64,000 nt of DNA, from NCBI GenBank assembly GCA_963836235.1, contig CAWIIP010000004.1:224001-288000 (forward strand), in the 5' to 3' direction. Below, piece by piece: positions 18,888 to 28,419 of this stretch (positions are counted from its first letter, which is position 1; each line of letters starts with the position of its first letter). Source of the stretch: an uncultured Pseudomonadota bacterium. GTDB taxonomy: Bacteria > Oederibacteriota > Muellerivitia > Muellerivitales > Muellerivitaceae. Made by a program: the position numbers and the translations under genes. Below the pieces are notes generated by a model. That model was not told the DNA's origin, did no database searches, and saw only the letters and a program-made list of their open reading frames with translations.

Positions 18888-20066
18888 AGCGATTGCGAAG
18901 AAACGCTTAAAGAAATCTTTTTCAAGACGAGAGACTTTCCCGAAGCAGTCGCCTTGGAAGGGGAATTGTGTATCCATACCGGGAAATACGAAGCCGCGAT
19001 CGAAAAGTTTGAAAGTTTAAGCACTAGATATCCCAAGAATTACAACTATCTAGCCCTTTTGGCCCTTGCCCAATATGTAGGCGGACGATACCACCGAACA
19101 ATTACCAATTGCACCACGATCATGAAAACCGGGTTTGCCGATCCCAAAGTCACGAAATTGTACGAAATGGCGAGAAAAAAGAAACGCCGCGAGGCTTTGG
19201 GAAAGTTGAGGAAGGTTAAACCCCTCAAGTGGCTTTTTGCCCAATTGTTTGACCCGTTTTTGGAAAGCGAAATGCGGGCTGAATCTCAAAGCCAAACAAC
19301 ACATGAAGATCTTGTTCAAGAAACATTGGTGGACCATAGAACGGGCCTTTTTAATGACCGGGCCGCTACACAACAAATACCCGCCCTTGCCGCCCGGAGG
19401 AAGTCCCAATTCTTCTTGACCATGGCCGATATCGACTTTTTCAAATCTTTCAACGACGTCCATTACAACCATCAGGTCGGAAACGCTGTTTTAAAAGCCC
19501 TCGCAAAGGCGGGACAGAAAATATTCTCAAAAAACAATATTTGGCGATATGGCGGGGAAGAGATTGTTTGGGCCTTGGACACATCCGAAGACCAAGCAAT
19601 CGAAAAAGCGGAACAATTCAGGAAGTATTGCGAAGAAAGCGTGGTTGAAGAAGCAAATGAGATTATCAAGAAAGAAGGAATTAAACATTTTGCGGACGGC
19701 CTAGATCATAAAAAAGATGAGGTCTTCTATATCTACTATCCCGTAACCATCAGCCAAGCCATTGTTCAATGGGGTGAAGACGGGACAAACCTGGAAAGCG
19801 TACTAACGGCGGCGGATAAGGGCCTCTATACCGCAAAGGAAAGCGGTCGAAATGCGGTGGTCTATAGGGGAGCCCTAAAGAGTAGCGGGAAACGCCCTAT
19901 TAAGTACACTCCTGAAATCCTCGGAATTCTCCATGAACAATCCATCAAAAAAGGTTCGCCCCATTGGTGGGCTCACATTAAAGGTCTTTCCGAGAAGGCA
20001 CGGGAAGAAGCCCTTGAATACGCAAGGAACACTTTAAGCAACAAGGAGGTACCCTCCAAAAAATAA
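18594..20066 (+). CDS. TPR-repeat diguanylate cyclase (GGEEI)
   Basis: TPRs, DHRTGLFN, DIDFFKSFND..HQVGN, RYGGEEI, ADKGLYTAKESGRN. Confidence 0.9.
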   Translation: MEDNVLQINPELARRCLQSAHLYMETNRYREALKLFDDVIGKYQPQNIEAHLESAKIYAKFKKPNSILKVITRLHNFAEKTPESLVLLGRAQFFLELYSDCEETLKEIFFKTRDFPEAVALEGELCIHTGKYEAAIEKFESLSTRYPKNYNYLALLALAQYVGGRYHRTITNCTTIMKTGFADPKVTKLYEMARKKKRREALGKLRKVKPLKWLFAQLFDPFLESEMRAESQSQTTHEDLVQETLVDHRTGLFNDRAATQQIPALAARRKSQFFLTMADIDFFKSFNDVHYNHQVGNAVLKALAKAGQKIFSKNNIWRYGGEEIVWALDTSEDQAIEKAEQFRKYCEESVVEEANEIIKKEGIKHFADGLDHKKDEVFYIYYPVTISQAIVQWGEDGTNLESVLTAADKGLYTAKESGRNAVVYRGALKSSGKRPIKYTPEILGILHEQSIKKGSPHWWAHIKGLSEKAREEALEYARNTLSNKEVPSKK

Positions 20067-20105
20067 TTTATGGCGTTGGTCTAAAACAAAAAAAGGAGAA
20101 AGAAC

Positions 20106-20408
20106 ATGGGCTTAAAAGTCAGGATTACCAGGATGTATCCGTATGACGGGGAACACACGAAGGCTTTTGTGGGGGCCAAGGTCCTAATATCCGGGCGTGT
20201 CTTTGGTTACAACGAATTGACACTTGTGAAAAAGAAGGAAGGCAATGGTTTGTTTCTTGGTCTTCCCTCAAGACCCGGAAGACAGGAGGGGGAATACCAC
20301 GACATTTGTTATATGGACCCGAACACTCGGAAGGAAATTGAAAAAATCGCCATTTTGGAATACGAAAAAAAGGTAAAGGAAAACAAAACCTCGGAAAAAC
20401 AGGATTAA
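20106..20408 (+). CDS. spoVG: SpoVG-family nucleic-acid-binding protein
   Basis: KAFV...GLFLGLPSR..EGEYHDICY...RKEIE...EY. Confidence 0.75.
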   Translation: MGLKVRITRMYPYDGEHTKAFVGAKVLISGRVFGYNELTLVKKKEGNGLFLGLPSRPGRQEGEYHDICYMDPNTRKEIEKIAILEYEKKVKENKTSEKQD

Positions 20409-20466
20409 GTGAGAAGCAATTCTTTCCATTTCAAAAACCGTTTTAAGGGTCTGGCGGAGGGAAATC

Positions 20467-20742
20467 ATGTCCGAACGTAGAAGTGGAGACAGGCGGAATA
20501 AGATTCAAAATCGCCTTTTGAGCGACAAACAGGTCGCTGAATTGGCAGGGGTTCCGGTCAATACCGTTCGTAAGTGGAGACAGATTGGAACCCTACCCTT
20601 TGTCAAAGTCGGTCGTCATCCGAGGGTTTGGATGTCGGAATTCGAAAAAACTTTCCATCAGCCAAAACCAAATGGCCCTTGGGAACAAATCCCTGATGAT
20701 GGTAAAATGCCAGGTGCTGGGAACATTAGGAGGAAGTTATGA
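20467..20742 (+). CDS. excisionase-like HTH_17 protein
   Basis: LLSDKQVAELAGVPVNTVRKWRQIGTLPFVKVGR; overlaps the integrase start. Confidence 0.8.
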   Translation: MSERRSGDRRNKIQNRLLSDKQVAELAGVPVNTVRKWRQIGTLPFVKVGRHPRVWMSEFEKTFHQPKPNGPWEQIPDDGKMPGAGNIRRKL

Positions 20743-21848
20743 GCAAGCCTAATGTTCATGGATTGCCTTCGCATCTTCGTAAGGATGCGGAGGGTTATTT
20801 TTTGGACTACTTTATCCAGGAAGGCGGTTTGAAAAAAAGGAAAAGAGTCCGGTTGGGCCACGTACCTTTGGCCCAGGCCAAAAAGATCCTCGCTCAAAAC
20901 ATGACGGATATGTTGGAGCAAAGGTTTTTGGAGGTTGACCGGAAAAAGGTGACTTTTAACGAAGCCGCCGATTCCTTCTTGGCTTATTCCCAGGGCAGGA
21001 AAAAGAGCCACCGAAACGACATTCCAATTGTCGCGAGGTTCAAGGCTTTTTTTGGAAACCGGTACCTGGAAAGTTTGACCCTGGACCATTTGGAGTCGTA
21101 CATTCTCCGAAGGCAAAGGGAAGGCCAAGTGAACCACAAGGGGAAACCCTTGTCGGGAACCACCTTGAACAAGGAAATCGCCTGCCTCAAGACGATTATC
21201 CATAGGGCTATTCGAAACGGCCAAATAGACCGTGATCCGATAGTCGGTATTAAAAAGTTCAAGGAAATTCCGCGGGATAGGACTCTTTCGCCAGAGGAGT
21301 GTCAGGGACTTCTCGTGGCTTGTTCCAACCACCTGCGGCCCATCGTCCAATTGGGTTATTCAACTGGAATGAGGTGCGGGGAAATACTAGGTTTGAGGTG
21401 GGAGCAAGTGGACTTTAAGAATAAAGTGATATTCTTAGAGGCTTTGGACACAAAGACCCAGGAAAAGAGGGAAGTACCGCTGAGCGAGGCTTTAGTAAGG
21501 CTTCTTCAGAATGTTCCCAAGACTCTTGGTAGTCCTTATGTGTTCACCTATAGAGGGAAGCGAATGGTCAGCGTGAAGACAGCTTTCAAAATAGCGTGCC
21601 GAAGGGCTGGGGTTGAGAATTTCAGGTTCCATGACCTCAGGCATTGTTCGGTCACGAATATGAGGAAAGCGGGGGTTAGTGACAACGTCACCATGTCGAT
21701 TCACGGTCATAAGTCAGGCGCAGTATTTAGGAGATATGACCGGGTAGACAGGGAAGACCGCCACAAGGCCCTTGGAAAAGTTGAAAGTTTGATTGACACG
21801 CATATGACACTCGTGGAAAATCAGTCTCCCCTTGAAGGGAGTAAGTAA
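20739..21848 (+). CDS. tyrosine recombinase/integrase
   Basis: TGMRCGE, K(T), FHDLRH, GHKS, RY catalytic residues. Confidence 0.95.
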   Translation: MSKPNVHGLPSHLRKDAEGYFLDYFIQEGGLKKRKRVRLGHVPLAQAKKILAQNMTDMLEQRFLEVDRKKVTFNEAADSFLAYSQGRKKSHRNDIPIVARFKAFFGNRYLESLTLDHLESYILRRQREGQVNHKGKPLSGTTLNKEIACLKTIIHRAIRNGQIDRDPIVGIKKFKEIPRDRTLSPEECQGLLVACSNHLRPIVQLGYSTGMRCGEILGLRWEQVDFKNKVIFLEALDTKTQEKREVPLSEALVRLLQNVPKTLGSPYVFTYRGKRMVSVKTAFKIACRRAGVENFRFHDLRHCSVTNMRKAGVSDNVTMSIHGHKSGAVFRRYDRVDREDRHKALGKVESLIDTHMTLVENQSPLEGSK

Positions 21849-21879
21849 TGCAAAACCCTTTTGTGGAAAGGGTTTTGCA
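21849..21879 (+). terminator. hairpin after integrase
   Basis: TGCAAAACCCTTT-N5-AAAGGGTTTTGCA perfect inverted repeat. Confidence 0.6.
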
Positions 21880-21905
21880 AGATGGAACGTAGATTGTAAA
21901 AAGTT

Positions 21906-21961
21906 GAGCTAGCCGCCTTGTAAGCGGCAGGTCACCGGTCCGATTCCGGTCGCCAGCTCCA
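21906..21961 (+). mobile_element. att site: 3' fragment of tRNA-Thr(TGT) marking the right end of the integrative element
   Basis: Anticodon arm GCCGC-CTTGTAA-GCGGC, T arm ACCGG-TCCGATT-CCGGT, 3' CGCCAGCTCCA; the complementary 5' acceptor strand (GCTGGCG) is absent. Confidence 0.85.
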
Positions 21962-21991
21962 TTTTTCAAATTCATGTTGTTAATAGAAATT

Positions 21992-22043
21992 AAAAGCCTT
22001 TGTTTGCAATGACTTTAACCAGTTTTGCAGACAAGGGCTTTTT
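21992..22043. terminator. long hairpin downstream of the tRNA fragment
   Basis: AAAAGCCTTTGTTTGCAA...TTGCAGACAAGGGCTTTT. Confidence 0.5.
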
Positions 22044-22163
22044 CATGTAACGGCAACAAAGCCACTCAAAGAATAACAAGAAGCCCATGACAACCGGTGA
22101 AGAAAAGCCCAATGAATAGGTTTCCGGAAGCGGAATTTGCGTCCGGAAACCATGGCCAATGGC

Positions 22164-23240
22164 CTAAGCCTTAAGGATGACTTTCAAGGCATTTTCTTTC
22201 GCCGCGTTGCCGAAAGTGTCATAGGCCTTCATGACGTCGGAGAGGGCGAACTTATGGGTTCCCATCCTCTTGGCGTCCAGCTTCCCGGACTGCAACACCT
22301 TCAACAGCATGGGCGTGGTCACCGTGTCCACCAGGCGGGTGGTGATGGCCATGTTGCGGTCCCAAAGCTTTTCCAGGTGCAACTCGGCGGATTTGCCGTG
22401 AACCCCGATGTTGGCGATCCTTCCGCCGGGCGCGATGATGTTTTGGCAGGTCTCGAAGGAAGAAGGGACTCCGACGGCCTCAATGGCCACATCCACCCCA
22501 TCGCCATGGGTCAGCAACCTCACTCGCTCCTCCACGTTCTCGTCCTTGAAATTAATGGTATGGGTCGCCCCGAAAGTGCGGGCCACCTGGAGCCGGTTAT
22601 CATCCTGGTCGATCAGGATGAGCTGGGCGGGGGAATAGAACTGGGCGGTTAAGAGCGCGGCCAAGCCGATGGGGCCGGAGCCGACGATGGCTACCGTATC
22701 CCCTGGTTTCACCTGGCCATTGATCACACCGCACTCGAAGCCGGTAGGGAAGATATCCGACAGCATGACGATGGCTTCTTCGTCGATCCCCTCGGGCGCG
22801 TGGTAAAGGCTGTTATCCGCGTGGGGAACGCGGACATATTGGGCTTGGGTTCCGTCAATCATGTTTCCTAATATCCAACCACCGTTGCGGCAATGGGAAT
22901 ACATCCCCTTTTTGCAATAATCGCATTTGCCACAGGACGTGATGCAGGAGACCAGAACCTTATCCCCTTTTTTGAATTGGGTGACGCCAGCACCGATTTC
23001 CTCCACGACCCCGACGCCCTCATGGCCCAGGATACGACCATCGGTCACGGTGGGTACGTCACCCTTCATGATGTGGAGGTCGGTTCCGCAAATGGTAGAA
23101 GTGGTGATACGGACAATGGCGTCGGTGGTTTCCTTGATGGCTGGTTTTGGCTTTTCCTCCCAAGCCCTTTGACCGGGTCCGTGATAAACCAGTGCCTTCA
23201 TGGTGGTCGTGGTTTTTTCTTCCTTGATCATCGTCTTCAT
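22164..23240 (-). CDS. zinc-dependent alcohol dehydrogenase (MDR family)
   Basis: ICGTDLH, GHEGVG, CGKCDYC, GSGPIG. Confidence 0.95.
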   Translation of the reverse strand: MKTMIKEEKTTTTMKALVYHGPGQRAWEEKPKPAIKETTDAIVRITTSTICGTDLHIMKGDVPTVTDGRILGHEGVGVVEEIGAGVTQFKKGDKVLVSCITSCGKCDYCKKGMYSHCRNGGWILGNMIDGTQAQYVRVPHADNSLYHAPEGIDEEAIVMLSDIFPTGFECGVINGQVKPGDTVAIVGSGPIGLAALLTAQFYSPAQLILIDQDDNRLQVARTFGATHTINFKDENVEERVRLLTHGDGVDVAIEAVGVPSSFETCQNIIAPGGRIANIGVHGKSAELHLEKLWDRNMAITTRLVDTVTTPMLLKVLQSGKLDAKRMGTHKFALSDVMKAYDTFGNAAKENALKVILKA

Positions 23241-23306
23241 GGCTACTCCTCCTCTGAACGAATCATTAACTTCAACATTAACCTATTCCTAAAAACCTCG
23301 GCTTCA

Positions 23307-23322
23307 TATGACTGAGGTCATA
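23307..23322. promoter_or_regulatory. Crp/Fnr-type box 1 (bidirectional adh/ppsA)
   Basis: TATGACTGAGGTCATA; -10-like TATCAT (+, 23344) and TAGGTT (-, 23285), each 21 bp from the box edge; second box CTTGATCCCTATCATG at 23335-23350. Confidence 0.8.
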
Positions 23323-23374
23323 CCTTGAGGTGGCCTTGATCCCTATCATGAAATCGAAAGCCTAAAAGAGGAGG

Positions 23375-25793
23375 ATGGTCATGGCGGATTCAAGCGAATG
23401 GGTGAAAAGATTCGAGGAAGTGGGTATGCGGGACATCCCGTTGGTGGGCGGCAAGAATGCCTCCCTGGGTGAAATGACACAAAATCTCGCGAAAGCGGGA
23501 GTGAAGGTGCCCGAAGGTTTTGCAATCACCTCCAAGGCCTATTGGGATATTTTGGAGCAAAACCGTTTAGAGGGCGCGCTGGATCACCTGGCCGCAGAAG
23601 CGGAAAAGAGCCCGAAAAAACTCAAGACCGTGGGAAAGGCCGCGCGGGGTCTCATGCTTCACGCCCAATTTCCCATGGAACTCACATTAGAAATTCGCCG
23701 TGCCTATCGGGACCTTTGCGAGAAAGCAGGGGACGGGAATTTGGCGGTGGCGGTGCGTTCGTCCGCTACCGCGGAGGATTTGCCGGACGCTAGCTTCGCG
23801 GGACAGCAAGAAACCTTCCTAAATGTCAGGGGGGAAAAGGCGTTGTTGGACGCCTGCCGAAAATGTTACGCCTCTCTCTTCACCGACAGGGCCATCAGTT
23901 ACCGCATCGAGAAGGGTTATTCTCACACGAAGGTGGCCCTGTCCATCGGCATCCAGCGGATGGTGCGCTCCGATATCGGAAGTTCAGGGGTCATGTTTTC
24001 CATCGATACTGACAGTGGCTTTCCCAAGGTCGTCCTCATCAACGCGGACTATGGACTGGGGGAAACAGTGGTACAGGGCGAGGTGGATCCGGACGAATAC
24101 ATGGTCTTCAAACCCCTTTTGGAAAATCCCGGATCTGATTCCTATTCTGGAAAAAAAGCGCGGGGGCAAGAAAGTCAAAATGGTTTACCGCCCGGGGGGA
24201 GAGGGCACCCAACTTAAAAAAACCAGTTCGAAAGAGCAAACGAGCACCGTATTGACCAATACGGAAATACTCCAATTGGCCAAGTGGGCCGTTCTGGTGG
24301 AAAAGCATTATGGCAAGCCCATGGATATGGAATGGGCCAAGGACGGGAAGACGGGGGAACTTTACATGGTTCAGGCCCGGCCTGAGACCGTCCAATCCCG
24401 CAAAAAGGCCGGGGTATTAAAGAAGTATAGTTTGAAGGAAAAAGGCCAAGTTCTTCTGACTGGAATGGCGGTCGGGGACGGCATCGCCTCGGGCCAAGTG
24501 TGCCGGGTGAAGAGCGCCAAGGAGATCGCCAAATTCAAGGAAGGTTCCATCCTCGTGGCCGAGATGACCGATCCGGACTGGGTGCCCATCATGAAAAAGG
24601 CCAAGGGCATCATCACGGACCATGGAGGCCGCACTTGCCACGCCGCCATCGTGAGCCGGGAGCTGGGCATCCCCGCGGTCGTGGGCACGGCCCGGGCGAC
24701 CCATATCCTCAAAAGCGGGCAACCGGTCACCCTTTCCTGTGCCGAAGGGCTGCAGGGCGAGGTGTATCAGGGTGAACTAGCCTTCGAGGAAAAGGAGATC
24801 CGGCTGGATCAAATGGCGGACACTCGGACGCAGATATTGATGAACATCGCCAGCCCCGACGCGGCTTTCCAGTGGTGGCACCTTCCGGTCAAGGGAATCG
24901 GCCTGGCCCGGATGGAATTCCTGGTAAGCGACACTATCAAAGTTCATCCCATGGCCCTAGTGAATTTCCAAAAGTTAAAGGACAAGAAAGCTAAACGGCA
25001 AATCGCCGAAATCACCCAAGGCTATAAAGATAAAACCGAATATTTCGTGGATAAGCTTGCCCGGGGACTTTGCCAAATCGCGGCTACCCAGTATCCCTAC
25101 CCGGTTATCGTGCGCTTGAGCGACTTCAAGACCAATGAATACGCCAACCTCATCGGCGGGGCGCCCTTCGAGCCAAAGGAGGAAAACCCCATGATCGGCT
25201 GGCGGGGCGCGTCCCGCTATTACAGCCCTGGCTACCAGCCGGGTTTCGAGCTGGAATGCAAGGCCTTGAAGCGGGCGAGGGAAGTGATCGGGCTGGACAA
25301 TATCGTTGTCATGGTGCCCTTCTGCCGGACCACGGGGGAAGCGGATAAGGTGTTGGCGGTCATGGAAAGCCAGGGGTTGAAGCGGGGGGAGAAGGGTTTG
25401 AAAGTTTACGTGATGTGCGAGATACCCGCCAACGTCATCATGGCCGAGGAATTCGCCAAGCGCTTTGACGGCTTTTCCATCGGTTCCAACGACCTGACCC
25501 AATTGACCCTGGGGGTGGACCGGGACTCGGGGGTCCTTAGCAAGCTTTTTGACGAGCAGGACGAGGCGGTCAAGCGTTCCATCGCGGAAGTCATCCGCCG
25601 CTGCAGGGCCACCGGCACCAAAATCGGCATCTGTGGCCAAGCCCCTAGCGATCATCCCGATTTCGCGGCTTTTTTGGTGGAATGTGGAATCGATTCCATT
25701 TCGCTCAATCCCGATTCGGTGGCGGCGGCTTTGAAAAGTGTGGCGGAACAGGAAGCGAAACAAGAGAAAGGCCGGGGGAAGGGGGCGGCATGA
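23375..25793 (+). CDS. ppsA: phosphoenolpyruvate synthase, split by a +1 frameshift at CCC 24128-24130 (probably sequencing error)
   Basis: VGGKNASLGE, RSSATAEDLPDASFAGQQET, GGRTCHAAI, FSIGSNDLTQL across two ORFs. Confidence 0.9.
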
Positions 25794-25936
25794 ATCGAGA
25801 TTGGCACTCGCGCCATAAAATGCCGAAAAAGCCGACTGTTGAGCAACGGAAACGATGGCATTTAGGTCACGCCGAACATTGCGGGTGCCGGCCCATTCCA
25901 CCGGGTTTGTTAAGGAAAGTTGGAAAGATGAAATAA
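25790..25936 (+). CDS. small His/Cys protein (WH...WH.HA.HC.CRPIP)
   Basis: ATG overlaps the ppsA stop; MNRDWHSRHKMPKKPTVEQRKRWHLGHAEHCGCRPIPP. Confidence 0.65.
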   Translation: MNRDWHSRHKMPKKPTVEQRKRWHLGHAEHCGCRPIPPGLLRKVGKMK

Positions 25937-25985
25937 CCGAGTCTGAGCCTTTGTGGTTCTTTTTGAAAAGTAAGAGGAGGCGGCT

Positions 25986-26792
25986 ATGAAAACTAAAATG
26001 GGAAGCCGATTCGGAAAGAAAATCGAGGACTGGATCGGAGAAGCTTGTTTTGGTTGCTTGGAAAATACCTATATTCCAAAAGCTTTGCAAAAGCAGGTAT
26101 CGAAACTTTTTAAAAGAAACAGAACTCAGTCCACCCCGAAACCCACCCCTTTAAAGGTTACGACCCGCCCGTTGAAAAACAAAGGGTTACTGGGAATAGG
26201 CTTGTTCATTTTTGGGGCGGCTTTAATCCCGTTCCGGTTATTGGCCCAGGAACTGGCGCCCAATCAAAAGTGGATTGAACAGGCCGACGCCGGTTTTGTC
26301 TTTCCCGTCAGTACCAATGTTTCATCGGTGTTCAATGTGGGCTTGGGGGGAGACATTCTGGTGGGCTATCGATTCGACCGCAATTTCAGCCTTTCCACGG
26401 ATTTGGGTTATTACGATTGTGACCAGAAGGGGCCTTCCGGCGCGGCGGCCGGGGAATGGATTTACGTGCCCTTAATGGAAGTGGCACGGTACAACTTCGG
26501 TTCCGGCAGGATCCGGCCATATGTCCTTTTGGGGACGGGCGTGGCTTTCAATAATTACCATGAAACCCTCATCAACCTGGGCCAAAGCCTGGACCTCAGC
26601 CGAGTGGGAACCGATTTTTTATTGTCTCCCGGCGCCGGGGTCTTGTTTGTGGTTTACAGCGACGCGGCCGTTTATCTCCAGGCGAGGATGGACATGAATT
26701 TCACGCCGAATAGAAGCTTAAGCAGCCCCGTGGTGGACAATCCGTCAATTTTTATTCCCGTCAAGGCGGGATTGAGCTTTTTCGTGCTCTGA
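25986..26792 (+). CDS. outer-membrane beta-barrel (OmpA-TM/OmpW-like)
   Basis: VGYRF, RPYVLLGTG, GAGV strands, internal signal-like segment. Confidence 0.7.
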   Translation: MKTKMGSRFGKKIEDWIGEACFGCLENTYIPKALQKQVSKLFKRNRTQSTPKPTPLKVTTRPLKNKGLLGIGLFIFGAALIPFRLLAQELAPNQKWIEQADAGFVFPVSTNVSSVFNVGLGGDILVGYRFDRNFSLSTDLGYYDCDQKGPSGAAAGEWIYVPLMEVARYNFGSGRIRPYVLLGTGVAFNNYHETLINLGQSLDLSRVGTDFLLSPGAGVLFVVYSDAAVYLQARMDMNFTPNRSLSSPVVDNPSIFIPVKAGLSFFVL

Positions 26793-26802
26793 TCCGGAAA
26801 CT

Positions 26803-26818
26803 TATGACTGCGGTCATA
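26803..26818. promoter_or_regulatory. Crp/Fnr-type box
   Basis: TATGACTGCGGTCATA; TAGGAT at 26840. Confidence 0.8.
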
Positions 26819-26871
26819 AAGGTTTTAGCCAAGCCGTCCTAGGATGAGGTTAAGGGAAGAAGAGGTGTTCC

Positions 26872-27213
26872 ATGGCGGATGAAAGAAACTCTTCGGAAAA
26901 AAGTCAAACCGGTTTTTTTCAGACGGCGGGGAAAGCCTTCGATTTTTTGGCCGCTATCCGGATTTTTTTCACCGAAATCAAGGAGTCGATCCTACAGCAT
27001 TGGGATTGGTTCCTTCGCCGGGTGGAGTATCTTTTTGTCGTTTATTTGTGGATTTCGGTCGGCATTCTTTTGATGGTCCTTGGAATATTCGACCTCTTAA
27101 TCGACTTCTGCCGGATCTCACGGGGAGTGGTATTTTCTCTCGGCGGATTGTTGATTTTACTGGTCGCGGTCATTTTTTTACAGGCGGCCAAGATGAAAAG
27201 ACGCGGAAAATAA
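26872..27213 (+). CDS. two-TM membrane protein (YqjE/holin-like)
   Basis: Two TM helices; next to a DUF883-like gene. Confidence 0.55.
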   Translation: MADERNSSEKSQTGFFQTAGKAFDFLAAIRIFFTEIKESILQHWDWFLRRVEYLFVVYLWISVGILLMVLGIFDLLIDFCRISRGVVFSLGGLLILLVAVIFLQAAKMKRRGK

Positions 27214-27230
27214 AATAAGAAGGGGGAATT

Positions 27231-27581
27231 ATGGCACTCAAGGAAAAGGCTTCGGCCGCGTGGAGCGAACTGAAGCAGAAATTGCAGGATAAGGAAAACC
27301 GGCGCAGGGTGAAAGAGGAGATTGAGAGGCGGTTGAAGCAGGGACGGGAGGCTTTTGACCGCGTCGAAAAGGAACTCAGGGATCCCGAGAATGAGGCGCG
27401 GTTGGAAAATAAATTATTTGACGCCCAGCGGAAATTGAAAAAAGCGAAGGCCGAATTCGCGAAGAAGAAGGCTGAAGCCGTCAATTACACCAAGGACAAT
27501 CCCGAAAAGGCGCTAGTGATCGCGGCGGCGGCGGGGGCCTTGGCGGGGGCTCTTTGGACAGTTTTAAAGCGAAAAAAATAG
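27231..27581 (+). CDS. ElaB/YqjD/DUF883-like tail-anchored protein
   Basis: Coiled coil then YTKDNPEKALVIAAAAGALAG.L. Confidence 0.7.
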   Translation: MALKEKASAAWSELKQKLQDKENRRRVKEEIERRLKQGREAFDRVEKELRDPENEARLENKLFDAQRKLKKAKAEFAKKKAEAVNYTKDNPEKALVIAAAAGALAGALWTVLKRKK

Positions 27582-27593
27582 GACGGTGGAACC

Positions 27594-27788
27594 ATGATGA
27601 AAAACGCGCATAAAAAGGAACCCCGATTCTCCGATGCGGATATTTTAAAGCCTGCGCATCATCAGTTGAGGGAAGCGGCTTATTACCGCTGGTTAGACCG
27701 GGGGATGCCTGAGGGGGAAGGACTGGAAGACTGGTACGAGGTGGAGAATAAGTGGAGGGACAATATCGTTCCTTCCCGAAATGATTAA
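27594..27788 (+). CDS. DUF2934 protein
   Basis: LREAAYYRWLDRGMPEG..LEDWYEVE. Confidence 0.85.
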   Translation: MMKNAHKKEPRFSDADILKPAHHQLREAAYYRWLDRGMPEGEGLEDWYEVENKWRDNIVPSRND

Positions 27789-27811
27789 AACAACTTTCAA
27801 AAAGGATCGGA

Positions 27812-28057
27812 GTGAATAACGTAGTAAGAAGCAAGGAGGATGTCATGACGATGATTAAAGAAAGAAAAACGGTGTCAAAGCATTTGGAGACGGGGAAGCC
27901 TGTGGAAAAGATGACCAAGGAAGATCTGGAAATGGCGGCTTATTTCCATTGGCTGGGCCGGGGATGCCCCAGCGACGACGCGCTTACCGATTGGATCGCC
28001 GTCGAAAAAAAATGGGGGCAGGAAGCTATTTCCGACAAAATGGACGTGCAGGCCTGA
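27812..28057 (+). CDS. DUF2934 protein
   Basis: AAYFHWLGRGCPSDDALTDWIAVE. Confidence 0.8.
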   Translation: MNNVVRSKEDVMTMIKERKTVSKHLETGKPVEKMTKEDLEMAAYFHWLGRGCPSDDALTDWIAVEKKWGQEAISDKMDVQA

Positions 28058-28077
28058 AAGCCGGTTAAGGAGGAGCC

Positions 28078-28416
28078 ATGAAAACGGAATTGATGGAAAA
28101 ATTCAAATGGCGCATGGCCAAGTGGCTTTGGGCGCCGCCAGGAGAGATGCCCGTCTCCGATAAAAAATACGCCGAGTGGATCAAGCCCGAGGGAAAGCCC
28201 GTCAAAAACAAAAGACAGCGCCAACCATTGGCGGGGCGCGGAACTCCCCTGGGTGGAACCAGGCCCATCGAGGAATTTTACCATCGGGGCCCTTATTCCC
28301 GGCATGAAGCGCGGGCCCGCCATACTCCCAAAGCGGCATTGCCCTTTAGGGGTAAAGGTTTCAAAGTGGAGAGGCGCTCCAATCGGAGCAAAACCCGCAG
28401 GGCGGAAGGGAACTAA
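28078..28416 (+). CDS. basic hypothetical protein
   Basis: Strong AAGGAGG RBS, operon position. Confidence 0.55.
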   Translation: MKTELMEKFKWRMAKWLWAPPGEMPVSDKKYAEWIKPEGKPVKNKRQRQPLAGRGTPLGGTRPIEEFYHRGPYSRHEARARHTPKAALPFRGKGFKVERRSNRSKTRRAEGN

Positions 28417-28419
28417 GTC

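Larger units (their letters stand above)
1..21961. mobile_element. tRNA-Thr-integrated ICE-like genomic island (left end outside window)
   Basis: int+xis+att, T4SS genes, defence cargo, visibly lower GC than downstream DNA. Confidence 0.8.

Noticed and set aside
21890-21961. Complete tRNA-Thr gene
   Set aside because: The 5' acceptor strand and most of the D arm are missing; treated as an att fragment
23375-25793. ppsA and NMO as true pseudogenes or programmed frameshifts
   Set aside because: Single extra bases in short homopolymers, no other decay and no slippery-site/stem signature
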